Of a DNA stretch of 64,000 bases, positions 19,789-30,318 are shown piece by piece. A program made the position numbers and the translations under genes. The notes under the pieces were generated by a model. That model made no database searches. It was given only the letters and a program-made list of their open reading frames with translations, and was not told the DNA's origin. Source of the DNA: an uncultured cyanobacterium (GTDB lineage Bacteria; Cyanobacteriota; Cyanobacteriia; Cyanobacteriales; CAWCAG01); NCBI GenBank assembly GCA_963803805.1, contig CAWDOD010000002.1, positions 1,216,001 to 1,280,000 on the forward strand. Direction: 5' to 3'. The stretch's first letter is position 1. Each line of letters begins with the position of its first letter.

Positions 19789-20553
19789 ATGGGATTATTT
19801 GATCGCCTTAGTCGAGTTGTTAGAGCCAATCTTAACGATGTGGTCAGTAAAGCAGAAGATCCAGAAAAGATTCTCGAACAAAGTATCATTGATATGCAAG
19901 AAGACCTAATCCAACTGCGTCAAGCAGTAGCTAGGGCCATTGCAACTCAAAAACGTACCGAACAGCAACATAATAAAAATCAAGAAGAAGCCAACAGGTG
20001 GCAACAAAGGGCCCAGTTAGCACTAACTAAAGGTGATGAAAACTTGGCTAGGGAAGCCTTAAGCCGGAAAAAAAGCTATGTGGAAACTGCTGGCGCTTTA
20101 AAAGGTCAGTTAGAGCAGCAAAATGGTCAGGTAGCAACCTTAAAGCGTAACCTCATTGCCCTAGAAAGTAAGATTTCTGAAGCTAAAACCAAGAAGGATA
20201 TGCTGAAAGCGAGGGTAAGCGCAGCAAAAGCTAATGAGCAGTTACAAGGGGCTATTAGCAACATGAATACTAGCGGCTCTATGGCTGCTTTTGAGCGCAT
20301 GGAAGAAAAAGTCCTGGAAATGGAAGCACGCTCTGCGGCGGTTGGCGAGTTAGCGGGTAGCGGGTTGGAAGGGCAGTTTGCTCAACTTGAGTCTGGTAGT
20401 GATGTTGATGATGAACTTGCAGCTATGAAAGCTCAATTAACTGGCGCACCGGCCCCTCAAGCTTTACCTCCCGGCTCAGCACAATCCTCTCCCTCAGCAG
20501 ATTCAGAAGTTGATGCAGAGTTGGAATCTTTACGTAAGCAACTCGATCAGTAA
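19789..20553 (+). CDS. vipp1: Vesicle-inducing protein in plastids 1 (PspA/IM30 family)
   Basis: MGLFDRLSRVVRANLN, AEDPEKILEQ, AFERMEEKV, and the extra C-terminal helix VDAELESLRKQLDQ. Confidence 0.93.
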   Translation: MGLFDRLSRVVRANLNDVVSKAEDPEKILEQSIIDMQEDLIQLRQAVARAIATQKRTEQQHNKNQEEANRWQQRAQLALTKGDENLAREALSRKKSYVETAGALKGQLEQQNGQVATLKRNLIALESKISEAKTKKDMLKARVSAAKANEQLQGAISNMNTSGSMAAFERMEEKVLEMEARSAAVGELAGSGLEGQFAQLESGSDVDDELAAMKAQLTGAPAPQALPPGSAQSSPSADSEVDAELESLRKQLDQ

Positions 20554-20811
20554 CAAGATGATAGCGAGGAGTCATTTGCCATTTAGCTAATAGCTATTAG
20601 CCAATTTCCTATTAGCTATTAGCTATTAGCTACATATAGCCCCAAACTTAGTAGAAATTGCCCCTTGACTCCCTTGCCGAAAAAGCTGAGACTTATTTAC
20701 AGCAAAAAAAGTTTAATAATTAACTATATTGCCCAGCCAATTTTAAAATTTGCCCTAGATTAGGGGCAATTTGTTGTCATAGGCCATTTTAAATTAGGTT
20801 AAATAAATATT

Positions 20812-21138
20812 GTGAGTAACGTAATTGAAATTGATGATTCTCGGTTTGATCAAGAGGTTTTTACCGCTGATAAACCTGTTTTAGTTTATTTTTGGGCTGA
20901 TTGGTGTGGCCCTTGTCGCCTAGTTTCTCCTTCAGTGCAATGGGTTGCAGATAATTATAATGAGGCTTTAAAGGTTATAAAAATGGAGGTAGATAGTAGC
21001 CCTGAATCTGTAGCTAAGTGTGGTGTAGAAGGAGTTCCTGCACTAAGGCTTTATAAAAATAATCAAATAGTTAAGTCTCACGAGGGGGCGATCGGCAAGC
21101 AAGCATTACAACAGTTGCTAGAAAGCGGACTTGAGTAA
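20812..21138 (+). CDS. Thioredoxin
   Basis: FWADWCGPC active site, GVP cis-Pro loop. Confidence 0.93.
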   Translation: MSNVIEIDDSRFDQEVFTADKPVLVYFWADWCGPCRLVSPSVQWVADNYNEALKVIKMEVDSSPESVAKCGVEGVPALRLYKNNQIVKSHEGAIGKQALQQLLESGLE

Positions 21139-21185
21139 TAATACTCATTTTCCATCCCCCTGCTCCCTGCTTCCTTTTATAAATA

Positions 21186-22370
21186 ATGATACAATTTGCT
21201 GAGCGTTTGAAAGCTTTGCAGAGCAATGTTTTTGCTGACATGGACTTGGCAAAGGCTCAAGCAAAAGCTTCCGGAAAAGAAATTATAGATCTCTCGTTGG
21301 GTTCTTCTGATTTGCCAGCGCCGGAGATGGCGATCGCGGCGATGGAAAAATCCTTGCGGGAGACTAGCACCCACGGTTATGCTCTTTTCCAAAGTACTCA
21401 AGCCTTTCGCCAAGCAGCAGCAAGTTGGTATACCAAAAGATATGGGGTAGAAATTAACCCGGAAACCGAAGTATTGAGCTTGATTGGTTGTCAGGAAGGT
21501 ACAGCTCATTTACCTTTAGCTTTGCTTAACCCAGGAGATTACGCCCTTCTGCAAGATCCTGGCTATCCTTCCCATGCTGGAGGAGTTGCTTTGGCTGGAG
21601 GGGAAATTTATCCCATGGCTTTAAGGGAAGAAAATCAGTTTTTACCAGTATTCGAGGAAATTCCTGCCGCCATTTTAGACCAGTCGCGGCTAATGGTCTT
21701 GAGTTATCCCCATAATCCTACTACAGCAGTTGCCTCTTTAGGCTTTTTTCAGTCAGCAGTAGCTTTTTGCCGTCAACATAATCTTGTTTTAGTTCACGAT
21801 TTTCCCTACGCCGATATCGTTTTCCCTGGTACTGCGACTCCCCCTTCTATTTTGCAAGCAGACCCCTACAAAGAAGTGTCTCTAGAGTTTTTCACCTTTT
21901 CTAAATCCTATAATATGGGTGGCTTTCGCGTTGGTTACGCTGTGGGCAATCAACAGTTAATCAAGGCTTTACGTCAGGTTAAATCTGTCATTGATTTTAA
22001 TCAATATAGAGGCATTTTAAATGGCGCGATCGCCGCTTTAGAAAGTTCTCAAGAAATTGTTCAGGCTACAGTAGAAACTTTTAGGCAGCGACGGGATATT
22101 TTTGTTCAAGCTTTAGGAGAAATTGGTTGGTCAGTACCTTCTCCTCCGGCAACAATGTATATTTGGGCAAAATTACCGAAAGAATACTCTGAGGAGTCCG
22201 TAAAATTTTGTACTAAGTTGGTGCAGCAAACCGGGGTGGCAGTTTCTCCTGGCGCTGGTTTTGGCAAAGCTGGTGAGGGCTACATCCGTTTTGCGTTAGT
22301 AAGAGAACCAGAGATTTTGCAAACAGCAGCTCAAAGAATAGCAGCATTTTTAGCTAAAGAAGACGTATAA
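21186..22370 (+). CDS. PLP-dependent class I/II aminotransferase (LL-diaminopimelate aminotransferase-like)
   Basis: DPGYP, YPHNPT, HDFPY, SKSYNMGGFRVG, PGAGFG..GEGYIRFAL. Confidence 0.9.
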   Translation: MIQFAERLKALQSNVFADMDLAKAQAKASGKEIIDLSLGSSDLPAPEMAIAAMEKSLRETSTHGYALFQSTQAFRQAAASWYTKRYGVEINPETEVLSLIGCQEGTAHLPLALLNPGDYALLQDPGYPSHAGGVALAGGEIYPMALREENQFLPVFEEIPAAILDQSRLMVLSYPHNPTTAVASLGFFQSAVAFCRQHNLVLVHDFPYADIVFPGTATPPSILQADPYKEVSLEFFTFSKSYNMGGFRVGYAVGNQQLIKALRQVKSVIDFNQYRGILNGAIAALESSQEIVQATVETFRQRRDIFVQALGEIGWSVPSPPATMYIWAKLPKEYSEESVKFCTKLVQQTGVAVSPGAGFGKAGEGYIRFALVREPEILQTAAQRIAAFLAKEDV

Positions 22371-22696
22371 AATTATATATAAAAATACGTATCGTATCTT
22401 CAATTATAAAGAAGAAAATACATATATCTCTTCCTCTGGTAGTATACAGAACTTGTATCATCTGCTTAAATCGTAGAAGTTGTCATCTACGCTATTTAGC
22501 CTAAGCGAAACGGCTTAGATGAAAGTAAAACTTTGCGGCTTAGTGTTTAAGTTGCTAATCAGCCCAAGATAAAGGCAATCAACAACTAGTATTTAACCCA
22601 TGTTTGTCTAAGCTAAATGATGCAGACAACGTCAAGAGTGATTCAATTATTAATTCTAGATAACAAACGGCTGAAGTAACGGGGGAAACTCAATAC

Positions 22697-23638
22697 ATGA
22701 AAGATAAAATAAAAATACTACTAGGAGCCTCAGTAATTGCTGGTATAGCGGCAACTACTTCTCCAGCATCCGCAGCAAGTATAAAAATTCTTGGCACAGA
22801 TTATTTTCTTTACGAAGCTATTGATACTGATTTAGATGGTATCCCTGACAAAACCAGACTCAACAACGATGCAGACGTAGAAGAGGTAGTAAAGGGAACC
22901 TGTACCATTGAGGGAGGGGCAGTTAAAGTCTGTGCTGATGGCAGTCCTGGAGGTAACATTGAGTTATTTGCCAGTAGTGAAAAAGGAGAGTTTAAAGATC
23001 CAGATGCTTTCAACAATGTTGAACCCACTAGCATAGTGAAAACCTTTGATGATGGTACAGAGGTAAAACTAAGTAGTCTGACAGGGAGAGATTGGTTTGA
23101 AACTCCAGATGGCGTGATCGAAATGAGTTGTCAAAAAGATAACTTAATCGGCAGGTGGTTTGAGGAAGCTTTAAATTCCGATGGCGGAGTTTTGCAAGGG
23201 CGAATAGTAGCTTTAGGTGCAAGCACCCAAGAAGCTTGTCAACAGTTTATTACTTTAGGTGGCCCTCAGCGTTTAAGTGACCCGAACATTTCCTACGTTA
23301 ATAAGGTAGGGGAGAACATTATTGTTGGCTTAGCTGGCCATTTTGATGCAGGGAACGCCTTTGAAATAGGGACTCTACCTAGCCGGCTATTTGCAGGAAT
23401 CCAGCTTAGTGAATTGGTGAAAGCAGAGTTTGGTAAAACGGAAATTCTCTACAGCTTTGACGCTTTTGCATCAGGTTTAGTAGAAGAAGGAGATAACCTA
23501 TCTCAAACAGGAGAATATGAAGTAGATCCAACAATCGCCACAGTAGCAGTAGAAAAGGTTCCTGAACCCTCAGCAATGTTAGGTTTATTCGCCGTAGGCA
23601 GTTTGCTTTTCGCTACAGGTAAACAGAAAAAGAAATAA
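22697..23638 (+). CDS. PEP-CTERM sorting-domain exported protein
   Basis: Signal peptide ending PASA; C-terminal VPEPSAMLGLFAVGSLLFATGKQKKK. Confidence 0.92.
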   Translation: MKDKIKILLGASVIAGIAATTSPASAASIKILGTDYFLYEAIDTDLDGIPDKTRLNNDADVEEVVKGTCTIEGGAVKVCADGSPGGNIELFASSEKGEFKDPDAFNNVEPTSIVKTFDDGTEVKLSSLTGRDWFETPDGVIEMSCQKDNLIGRWFEEALNSDGGVLQGRIVALGASTQEACQQFITLGGPQRLSDPNISYVNKVGENIIVGLAGHFDAGNAFEIGTLPSRLFAGIQLSELVKAEFGKTEILYSFDAFASGLVEEGDNLSQTGEYEVDPTIATVAVEKVPEPSAMLGLFAVGSLLFATGKQKKK

Positions 23639-23671
23639 AAGTTTTTTCAAGTTTGACAACATATCAGGGTT

Positions 23672-23700
23672 AAAGGGGGTTTTCGACTCCCTTTTTTTTT
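23672..23700 (+). terminator. Intrinsic terminator after the PEP-CTERM gene
   Basis: AAAGGGGGT-TTTCG-ACTCCC followed by T9. Confidence 0.8.
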
Positions 23701-24369
23701 ATGACTATAGATACAATACTTGTACCGAAAGGGGCAGAATATCAAGCTGTTTGCCGAGGTTTGCAGGGGATTTCTCCTCAACCATTGGTTTTATCCCTTC
23801 CTATTGGCATTATTCCTGTCACTACTTACTTGCAACAATGGCAAAAAAATCACATTATGCCAGAAAAAGTTTTATTGGTAGGACTTTGTGGCAGTTTGTT
23901 ACCTAATTATCAAGTAGGGGATTTGGTTTTCTATGAAAAGTGCCTTTATTATGATGAAAAGTTTCAGTGGCAGACCAAAAATTGCGATCGCCCCTTAACT
24001 ACTCAGCTAAGGCAAAGATTAGAGAGAAAAGTTTCTTTGGTTACAAGTGTGACTAGCGATCACACCATCTCCTCAGCTAAGGAGAAACAGCAATTAGGTA
24101 GATCATCTCAAGCTGCGGTGGTAGATATGGAAGGTTTTGCCGTTTTGACTAGTTTGCCAACTAGGGTAGCTATGTTGCGAATTGTGAGCGATGATTGTAT
24201 CCAGGATTTACCTGACTTAACAGGGGCAATTAGTACAGAAGGAAAATTGCTTCCTTTACCTTTAACCATAGCTATGTTAAGCCAACCTTTAGCTGCTACA
24301 AGGTTAATTCGTGGTTCTCTCAAGGGATTACAAGCTTTACAAAAGGCGATCGCTTCTTTATTTCTTTAG
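23701..24369 (+). CDS. Nucleoside phosphorylase-family protein
   Basis: VPKGAEYQAV, LVGLCGSL, VVDMEG, LRIVSDD. Confidence 0.82.
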   Translation: MTIDTILVPKGAEYQAVCRGLQGISPQPLVLSLPIGIIPVTTYLQQWQKNHIMPEKVLLVGLCGSLLPNYQVGDLVFYEKCLYYDEKFQWQTKNCDRPLTTQLRQRLERKVSLVTSVTSDHTISSAKEKQQLGRSSQAAVVDMEGFAVLTSLPTRVAMLRIVSDDCIQDLPDLTGAISTEGKLLPLPLTIAMLSQPLAATRLIRGSLKGLQALQKAIASLFL

Positions 24370-25169
24370 TTGCGGTACTGCTGTACTTTTGTTACAGATA
24401 GGTTTAAAGCTTCTGCTACTTGCTCTAAACTCAATCCTGTTGCTAACATCTGGTTAATGGCTTTTCCTAAAGCTGATTCTGCTTGTTCAGCCCTTTGGTG
24501 TTCTTGTTCAGCCCTTTCTGCTGGGGTAGCTATCCAACCCCTATGAGGATCATACCACCGTAACCACAACCCTGTAGTTCCAGCAAAGCTACCTTCCCAT
24601 AACCCTAAGCCTAGACATAACTCTTCCAACCATAGTTTCCTATCAGGCAAAAGCAAGGATTGATAACTAGTTCCCTCCAAGCGAAAGGCCTGTAACCGAT
24701 TTTCATAGCGGTCATAAACTACATAGTAAGGAATTCTCAAAATACGTTCATAAACTTCCCATTTAGTGGGAGGTTTATCTACTTGCTGCAAAGTTTGTCC
24801 TAAATCCTCTGCTTCAGTGCCAGGAGAAAGCAATTCTACTACCAATAAAGGATTTCTTCCTTCTTGCCAAGTAACGTAACTAAGACGGAGTTGCCCCTGC
24901 TGTTCATAGCGTGGTACTCCTGTTACTATAAACCAGTCAGGACGTTTATACCAGAGAGTATGCTGAGAGTCATAATAAAGATTGAGGTCACTGCCAACAA
25001 AGACTTCCTCTAGCGGTTGATTAACAGGAAAACAGGTTTGGCTAAGTAAATCCCCTTGAAGGCGATGAAATTCGTCTGGCAAACCTGATTCTCCTATCTC
25101 TTCGCTAGGGAGATCATACATCGTTGGCAGCACTTCTTGAGGCGGGCGGGGAGGTTGAGGTTGATACAT
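24366..25169 (-). CDS. Uma2-family endonuclease-like protein
   Basis: LPTMYDLPSE..GE.GLPDEFH, RPDWF, VVELLSPGT, WLRWYD, AERAEQE tail. Confidence 0.9.
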   Translation of the reverse strand: MYQPQPPRPPQEVLPTMYDLPSEEIGESGLPDEFHRLQGDLLSQTCFPVNQPLEEVFVGSDLNLYYDSQHTLWYKRPDWFIVTGVPRYEQQGQLRLSYVTWQEGRNPLLVVELLSPGTEAEDLGQTLQQVDKPPTKWEVYERILRIPYYVVYDRYENRLQAFRLEGTSYQSLLLPDRKLWLEELCLGLGLWEGSFAGTTGLWLRWYDPHRGWIATPAERAEQEHQRAEQAESALGKAINQMLATGLSLEQVAEALNLSVTKVQQYRN

Positions 25170-25355
25170 TTTCTCAGCAAATGATCTTTGGAGATAATAT
25201 TTGGTACTTTTATACTATTACTTTCTCCAGCAATAATTCATTTAAGAGAGAACCAAGAAAAGACTTATCCAAAAGCGATAAGTTAATGGCTAGTTGCTAG
25301 TTGCTAGTTGCTAAAATCTTATACTTTGTGAGGATATTTTATTTATTGGAGTTCT

Positions 25356-25862
25356 CTAAGCTGTGCCAAACTGTTCTTGAAGAGTTTCGTCGTTGTCGTC
25401 AGCAATTGTTGCTACTACAGTAATGGCGCGGGAAATTTCTCCTGGTGAAAGTTCTGCTACTGTTCGTTGAAAAAGTACGACAACTTGATTATCAACAAGA
25501 CCAAAACAGGATTCAAATGTTTCTGACCAGTTCATTTCTAAAAGTTTACGCATCAAGCCGCTTTCGTCTTTAACTGGCAAGTTTAGTACCGATGACCAAA
25601 CCGTAAGTAAATCTTCTTCAGTCTCTCCGGTCAGCCTTACAAACACCTCTACAGAGCCATACTTAAATTTCCAGAGGTGACCATTTTCATTTTTGCTCAC
25701 CATGGCACTATCATCTTGCTCTAGACTAGAAATAACAGTTTCAATTACTTCAGCATGGGTAGCAGCTATACCATCTTCTAGTAGTACTTCATTAGCTAGG
25801 GCTTCTTCTGCGGATATAGTACCGTCGGTGAGGCTTTCTGTACTCAGGTTAGGTTTGTTCAT
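25356..25862 (-). CDS. YbjN-domain protein
   Basis: WKFKYGSVEVFV, LLEMNW..TFE, RTVAELSPGEISRAIT..ATIADDND; ATG 25862. Confidence 0.8.
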   Translation of the reverse strand: MNKPNLSTESLTDGTISAEEALANEVLLEDGIAATHAEVIETVISSLEQDDSAMVSKNENGHLWKFKYGSVEVFVRLTGETEEDLLTVWSSVLNLPVKDESGLMRKLLEMNWSETFESCFGLVDNQVVVLFQRTVAELSPGEISRAITVVATIADDNDETLQEQFGTA

Positions 25863-26100
25863 GGGGAACTCTTCTCCATTTGCGTATATAAGTGGTTGCT
25901 GCAAGATTCTTTCATTATTTAACTTAGCTGTTTTGGTACTAAGTTAGGTAAAATTTTTGGAGCAAACATATATTTGTAAACAAGCCAAAGATAACTCAAA
26001 TCTAGACAACAGAGCAAACCCCTTTGGTACAGCTATATACAAGGTTATATCAATTTTGCTTCTAAGAATAAATAGTTTTAGAAGCAGATTTCAGATTTTA

Positions 26101-26172
26101 TGGGTCGCCTGGGATTTGAACCCAGAACAAATCGGTTAAAAGCCGAGTACTCTACCGTTGAGCTAGCGACCC
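26101..26172 (-). tRNA. tRNA-Lys (anticodon UUU), CCA not encoded
   Basis: GGGTCGCTAGCTCAACGGTAGAGTACTCGGCTTTTAACCGATTTGTTCTGGGTTCAAATCCCAGGCGACCCA folds as a cloverleaf. Confidence 0.96.
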
Positions 26173-26337
26173 GTAAATTTTTAGTGAACAACCGCACAGT
26201 TAACCATGGTAACACAAAATGTTTAATCTTGATATTATAGCTTTTCTCTATTGGTTAAATTTAACGCCATAACATACATAAACGCAAACATACATTCTGC
26301 ATACTATGAAATAATGAACTTTGCTTAACACATACTA

Positions 26338-26586
26338 ATGAACTCTGAAGCCATTATTCAAAAACTAAAATTCAGTTGCATCACTATGGTTTCCCATGAA
26401 TTGCGTAGTCCCTTAACGAGTATTCTTTCTGCGGCGGAACTTTTGCAATACTACAGTCAAAACTGGACTGAAGAAAAAAAACTTAAGTACCTCCAGCAAA
26501 TTCAAGAATCAGCTATAGAAATCACTAACATACTCAATACCACAGAGTTCGACAGCATTGGCGTGGATTTTGGAATGTTGAAGTAG
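26338..26586 (+). CDS. Stand-alone histidine-kinase dimerisation/phosphoacceptor (HisKA) domain protein
   Basis: H-box MVSHELRSPLTSIL; ends after the two DHp helices. Confidence 0.78.
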   Translation: MNSEAIIQKLKFSCITMVSHELRSPLTSILSAAELLQYYSQNWTEEKKLKYLQQIQESAIEITNILNTTEFDSIGVDFGMLK

Positions 26587-26588
26587 TG

Positions 26589-26612
26589 AAGGGGGGCTAT
26601 GCCCCCCTTTTT
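26589..26612 (+). terminator. Intrinsic terminator between the HisKA gene and convergent ndhH
   Basis: AAGGGGGGC-TAT-GCCCCCCTTTTT perfect stem. Confidence 0.85.
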
Positions 26613-26688
26613 ACCTAATCTTAATTTTGCTCACCAAGTCTTTTAGTTTCTAAGGTAGAAGGTATTAAGAAATAAGTTCGCATTGAAG

Positions 26689-27873
26689 CTAACGATCTAC
26701 TGACCCCATAATTACGTCTATGCTGCCCAGAATCGCCATAATATCAGCAACCTTGACTCCTTTCAAAAGTTTAGGTAGGATTTGCAGGTTATTGAAGTCT
26801 GGCGCACGGATCTTCCAACGCCAAGGAAAGACGTTATCTTGACCAACAATAAAGATTCCTAATTCACCCTTGCCGCTTTCTAAGCGTACATAATGTTCGC
26901 CTTCAGGAATTTTGAAAGTAGGGGCAACTTTTTTGGCAATATATTGGTACTCAAAGTCATTCCATTTTGACTTCTTTCCTTCTGCCATACGCTTTGCTTC
27001 TAAGTTTTCGTAGGGGCCTCCTGGCAATCCTTTTAAAGCTTGGCGGATAATTTTCACTGACTCGCGCATTTCCCGAATTCTAATGATGTAACGGGCAAAG
27101 CAGTCTCCACCAGTGTCCCAATGAACTTCCCAATCAAAGTCATCGTAGCATTCGTAGTGGTCAACTTTACGCAAATCCCACTTAACCCCAGAAGCCCGCA
27201 ACATAGGGCCAGAAAGTCCCCAATTAATTGCTTCGTCACGGGTAATTGTCCCTACCCCTTCAACACGGCGACGGAATATGGGGTTATCGGTGATTAACTT
27301 CTCATACTCATCAACTTTTTCATCGAAGTAGTCGCAGAAGTCTTCGCATTTATCGATCCAACCATAGGGTAAATCTACAGCAACTCCACCAATACGAAAA
27401 TAGTTGTTATTGATTAGTCGCTGTCCGGTGGCAGCTTCCCATAAATCATAAATCATCTCCCGTTCTCGGAAAATGTAGAAAAAGGGAGTTTGCGCCCCAA
27501 CATCAGCCATAAAAGGGCCAAGCCATAATAGATGGTTGGCAATACGGTTGAGTTCCAACATGATAACGCGAATATATTGAGCGCGTTTAGGAACTTCAAT
27601 GTCTGCTAATTGTTCTGGGGCATTAACAGTGATGGCTTCGTTAAACATTCCTGCCGCGTAGTCCCAACGACTAACATAGGGAACGTACATAACATTCGTG
27701 CGATTTTCGGCAATTTTCTCCATCCCTCTATGCAGATAGCCGATGACAGGTTCACAATCAATGACATCTTCCCCGTCTAGGGTGACAATTAATCGCAAAA
27801 CACCGTGCATCGAGGGGTGATGAGGACCCATGTTAAGTACCATGGGTTCGGTTCTAGTTTCAATTTGTGCCAT
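26689..27873 (-). CDS. ndhH: NAD(P)H-quinone oxidoreductase subunit H
   Basis: [25 protein letters not shown]-terminal [12 protein letters not shown]. Confidence 0.98.
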   Translation of the reverse strand: MAQIETRTEPMVLNMGPHHPSMHGVLRLIVTLDGEDVIDCEPVIGYLHRGMEKIAENRTNVMYVPYVSRWDYAAGMFNEAITVNAPEQLADIEVPKRAQYIRVIMLELNRIANHLLWLGPFMADVGAQTPFFYIFREREMIYDLWEAATGQRLINNNYFRIGGVAVDLPYGWIDKCEDFCDYFDEKVDEYEKLITDNPIFRRRVEGVGTITRDEAINWGLSGPMLRASGVKWDLRKVDHYECYDDFDWEVHWDTGGDCFARYIIRIREMRESVKIIRQALKGLPGGPYENLEAKRMAEGKKSKWNDFEYQYIAKKVAPTFKIPEGEHYVRLESGKGELGIFIVGQDNVFPWRWKIRAPDFNNLQILPKLLKGVKVADIMAILGSIDVIMGSVDR

Positions 27874-28254
27874 AGATAGGCAATCTCTCCCTCTTTAAAA
27901 CTCTTGCAGGTGGACTCGCTAACCTTAGTCTTGCTTTACTAATTATAGAGAAGAGGGTAACAGAATTTATGTATTGATTGCTTCTACACTTAATTTTTCC
28001 CATGATTGAGGGACTTTAGTTAAACTTCTAACAGAGTAATACTTGTACTTCAAAAGAAGAAGTTTTTTATATAAAAAATGGGATTTTGGATTTTCTTATA
28101 TAACTAGAACTTATGTGGTAGATTAAATTTCTAGTTTTGTAGTTACTTTCAGCATTCAAAAGTGATTTTGGGGAATAATAAAAAAGTTGCTTTTCATTAA
28201 GTATCTACTACTGCTTTACCAACTACTAATTTACATCAAGAGGTTAGCATTACT

Positions 28255-29058
28255 ATGTTGTTGCAAAAAATCAAACAAAAAGTTAAACGCAAGTTAAACT
28301 TTCAGAGTAAAAAACAAAACCCTTCTTTTGCAATTAAACCAGATGATATTTTTATTGTTTCTTATCCTAAATCTGGAAATACTTGGGTCCGCTTTTTGTT
28401 TGCTAACCTAATTAAACCTGATTCTGTACCTTTAATTAATTTTCACAATGTTCATGATTATTGTCCAGATGATAGTAATCTTAGTGAAGAAGTAAAGGCA
28501 CTTCCCTCTCCTCGCTTAATAAAAAGCCATCAAAGTTTCAATCCTAGTTTTCCCAAGGTTATTTATATAGTTAGGGATGGGCGGGATGTTTATATTTCTT
28601 ACTTCCACTACTTAAAACAATCTTTACCACCAAACTGCTCTTTGAAAGATTTCTTAGCAGACAATACTAGTCCTTTCGGTAGTTGGTCTGATCATATTAA
28701 GTCTTGGCTTAATGCTAAAAATAGGAATGAAGATAATTTTTTACTGGTTCGCTATGAAGATTTGCTACAAGACCCTTTTTCTACTTTTAAAAAGATGGCT
28801 GAGTTTGCAGGTTTTGAAGCTAGTTCACAACAAATAGCCAGCGCGGTAGGAAATTCTAGTTTTGTCCATATGCAAAACATTGAGAGGAAATATGGCAGAA
28901 AGTATAGTAATGACAGTGCAGATTCTTTTGTCAGAAAAGGTCAGTCAGGAGAATGGAGAGAATGTTTTGGTCAAGCAGAGTGGGAAGTTTTTCTAGATAA
29001 AGAAGATAAAAATTTATTAGAAAAGTTAGGGTATACAGTGCCTGAATCGATTATTTAA
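28255..29058 (+). CDS. PAPS-dependent sulfotransferase
   Basis: 5'-PSB SYPKSGNTW, KSH, 3'-PB RDGRDVYIS, RKGQSGEW. Confidence 0.93.
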   Translation: MLLQKIKQKVKRKLNFQSKKQNPSFAIKPDDIFIVSYPKSGNTWVRFLFANLIKPDSVPLINFHNVHDYCPDDSNLSEEVKALPSPRLIKSHQSFNPSFPKVIYIVRDGRDVYISYFHYLKQSLPPNCSLKDFLADNTSPFGSWSDHIKSWLNAKNRNEDNFLLVRYEDLLQDPFSTFKKMAEFAGFEASSQQIASAVGNSSFVHMQNIERKYGRKYSNDSADSFVRKGQSGEWRECFGQAEWEVFLDKEDKNLLEKLGYTVPESII

Positions 29059-29155
29059 AAAAAAGCAAATTGTGCTTGTGATTAAGTTTTTTGGGGTTGG
29101 TAGCTGAGTGAAATTGTTAGCTGTCAGCCACAATTTTAAACATATTAGTTAAGTA

Positions 29156-30106
29156 ATGAACAGCTTATTAGGGGAAAAAATCAAAAGGAAAGTTAAAACG
29201 CAAATAGAAAATATTGCTCCTTATAATAGTTTTCAAAAGCCAATTTTTATTATTTCGCCACCACGTTCTGGCTCGACATTACTTTTTCATTGTTTACAAC
29301 AGTTTGAAGAGCTTTATTTTCTCCAAAGTGAGGCAGATTATATTTGGTGGCCTATTTTTCCCTATGAGAAAATGGCTAAGCCTGCTGATTATATAGGGAA
29401 AAAACAGTTATCCTATCAAAATATTCGTAATTTAAGAAAACGGATTTATGAAGACTCTGTAAAAAACTATTTAAGAAACCATCATCAAGAATCTCCCCGT
29501 GACTATCTTTTTGGTTTAAAATCAATTCGCTATTTAGATAAAACGATTGCTAATTGTTTCCATTTAGAATTTTTGGCAAAAGCTTTTCCTACTGCTCAAT
29601 ATATTTTTTTAGTTAGAGATCCTAGAGCTACTATTAGTAGCATGATTGAAGGCTGGCCATATCCAGAGCGCTTTGGCAAGCCTCAATTAACTCCTATTAT
29701 TCAACAAGATAGTACAGCAAAGATAGAACATTGGTCTTATCCTGCTCCTCCTGATTGGCAAACAGTTATTAATCAACCTTTACCACACATTTGTGCTTGG
29801 AGTTGGCAACAACATATTGAATATCCTTTAAACTTTTTTCAAGGGCGATCGCTAGATCTAAAATGGGTTCGCTATGAAGATTTGCTTGAGAATTTCGAGG
29901 GAGTAATTGAAGATTTAGCTAAGTATTTTAAATTAAAGCTAAATAGTAGAGTTGAAAATTATACAAAGGCCCCACCCATAAGTCCTACTGCTATATCTAA
30001 ACCTGATCCAATTAAGTGGAAGAGCAATAATTATAAGCAGATTGAAGCAATATTTCCTCGGATAGAGAAAATCTCTCAAAAAATAGGCTACGATCTTAAT
30101 CCATAA
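29156..30106 (+). CDS. Sulfotransferase family protein
   Basis: PIFIISPPRSGSTLL, DKT, VRDPRATISS, VRYEDL. Confidence 0.9.
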   Translation: MNSLLGEKIKRKVKTQIENIAPYNSFQKPIFIISPPRSGSTLLFHCLQQFEELYFLQSEADYIWWPIFPYEKMAKPADYIGKKQLSYQNIRNLRKRIYEDSVKNYLRNHHQESPRDYLFGLKSIRYLDKTIANCFHLEFLAKAFPTAQYIFLVRDPRATISSMIEGWPYPERFGKPQLTPIIQQDSTAKIEHWSYPAPPDWQTVINQPLPHICAWSWQQHIEYPLNFFQGRSLDLKWVRYEDLLENFEGVIEDLAKYFKLKLNSRVENYTKAPPISPTAISKPDPIKWKSNNYKQIEAIFPRIEKISQKIGYDLNP

Positions 30107-30318
30107 GAAACGTTGGTTGCATCTACAACTGTCAACTAAATAACCTTTCCTAAATTAACTAAGCTGGGGGAATTCGTATTTAATTGCTACAAACAGACTG
30201 AATTAAATTCAGCTATTTTATTCTGTTTTTTTGAAAGACATTCTGCTTTGAAGAAAGCATCTTTAGAATTAGCTGAATAATCTAGTAAATGCTTTTTAGC
30301 TATTAGTATAGTAGTGAG

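Noticed and set aside
24366-25169. Uma2 gene as a defence or mobile system
   Set aside because: Highly expanded family in cyanobacteria; solitary here with no methylase, transposase or terminal repeats
26101-26586. Integrative element at tRNA-Lys
   Set aside because: No integrase, no visible duplicated tRNA 3' end, and housekeeping genes on both sides
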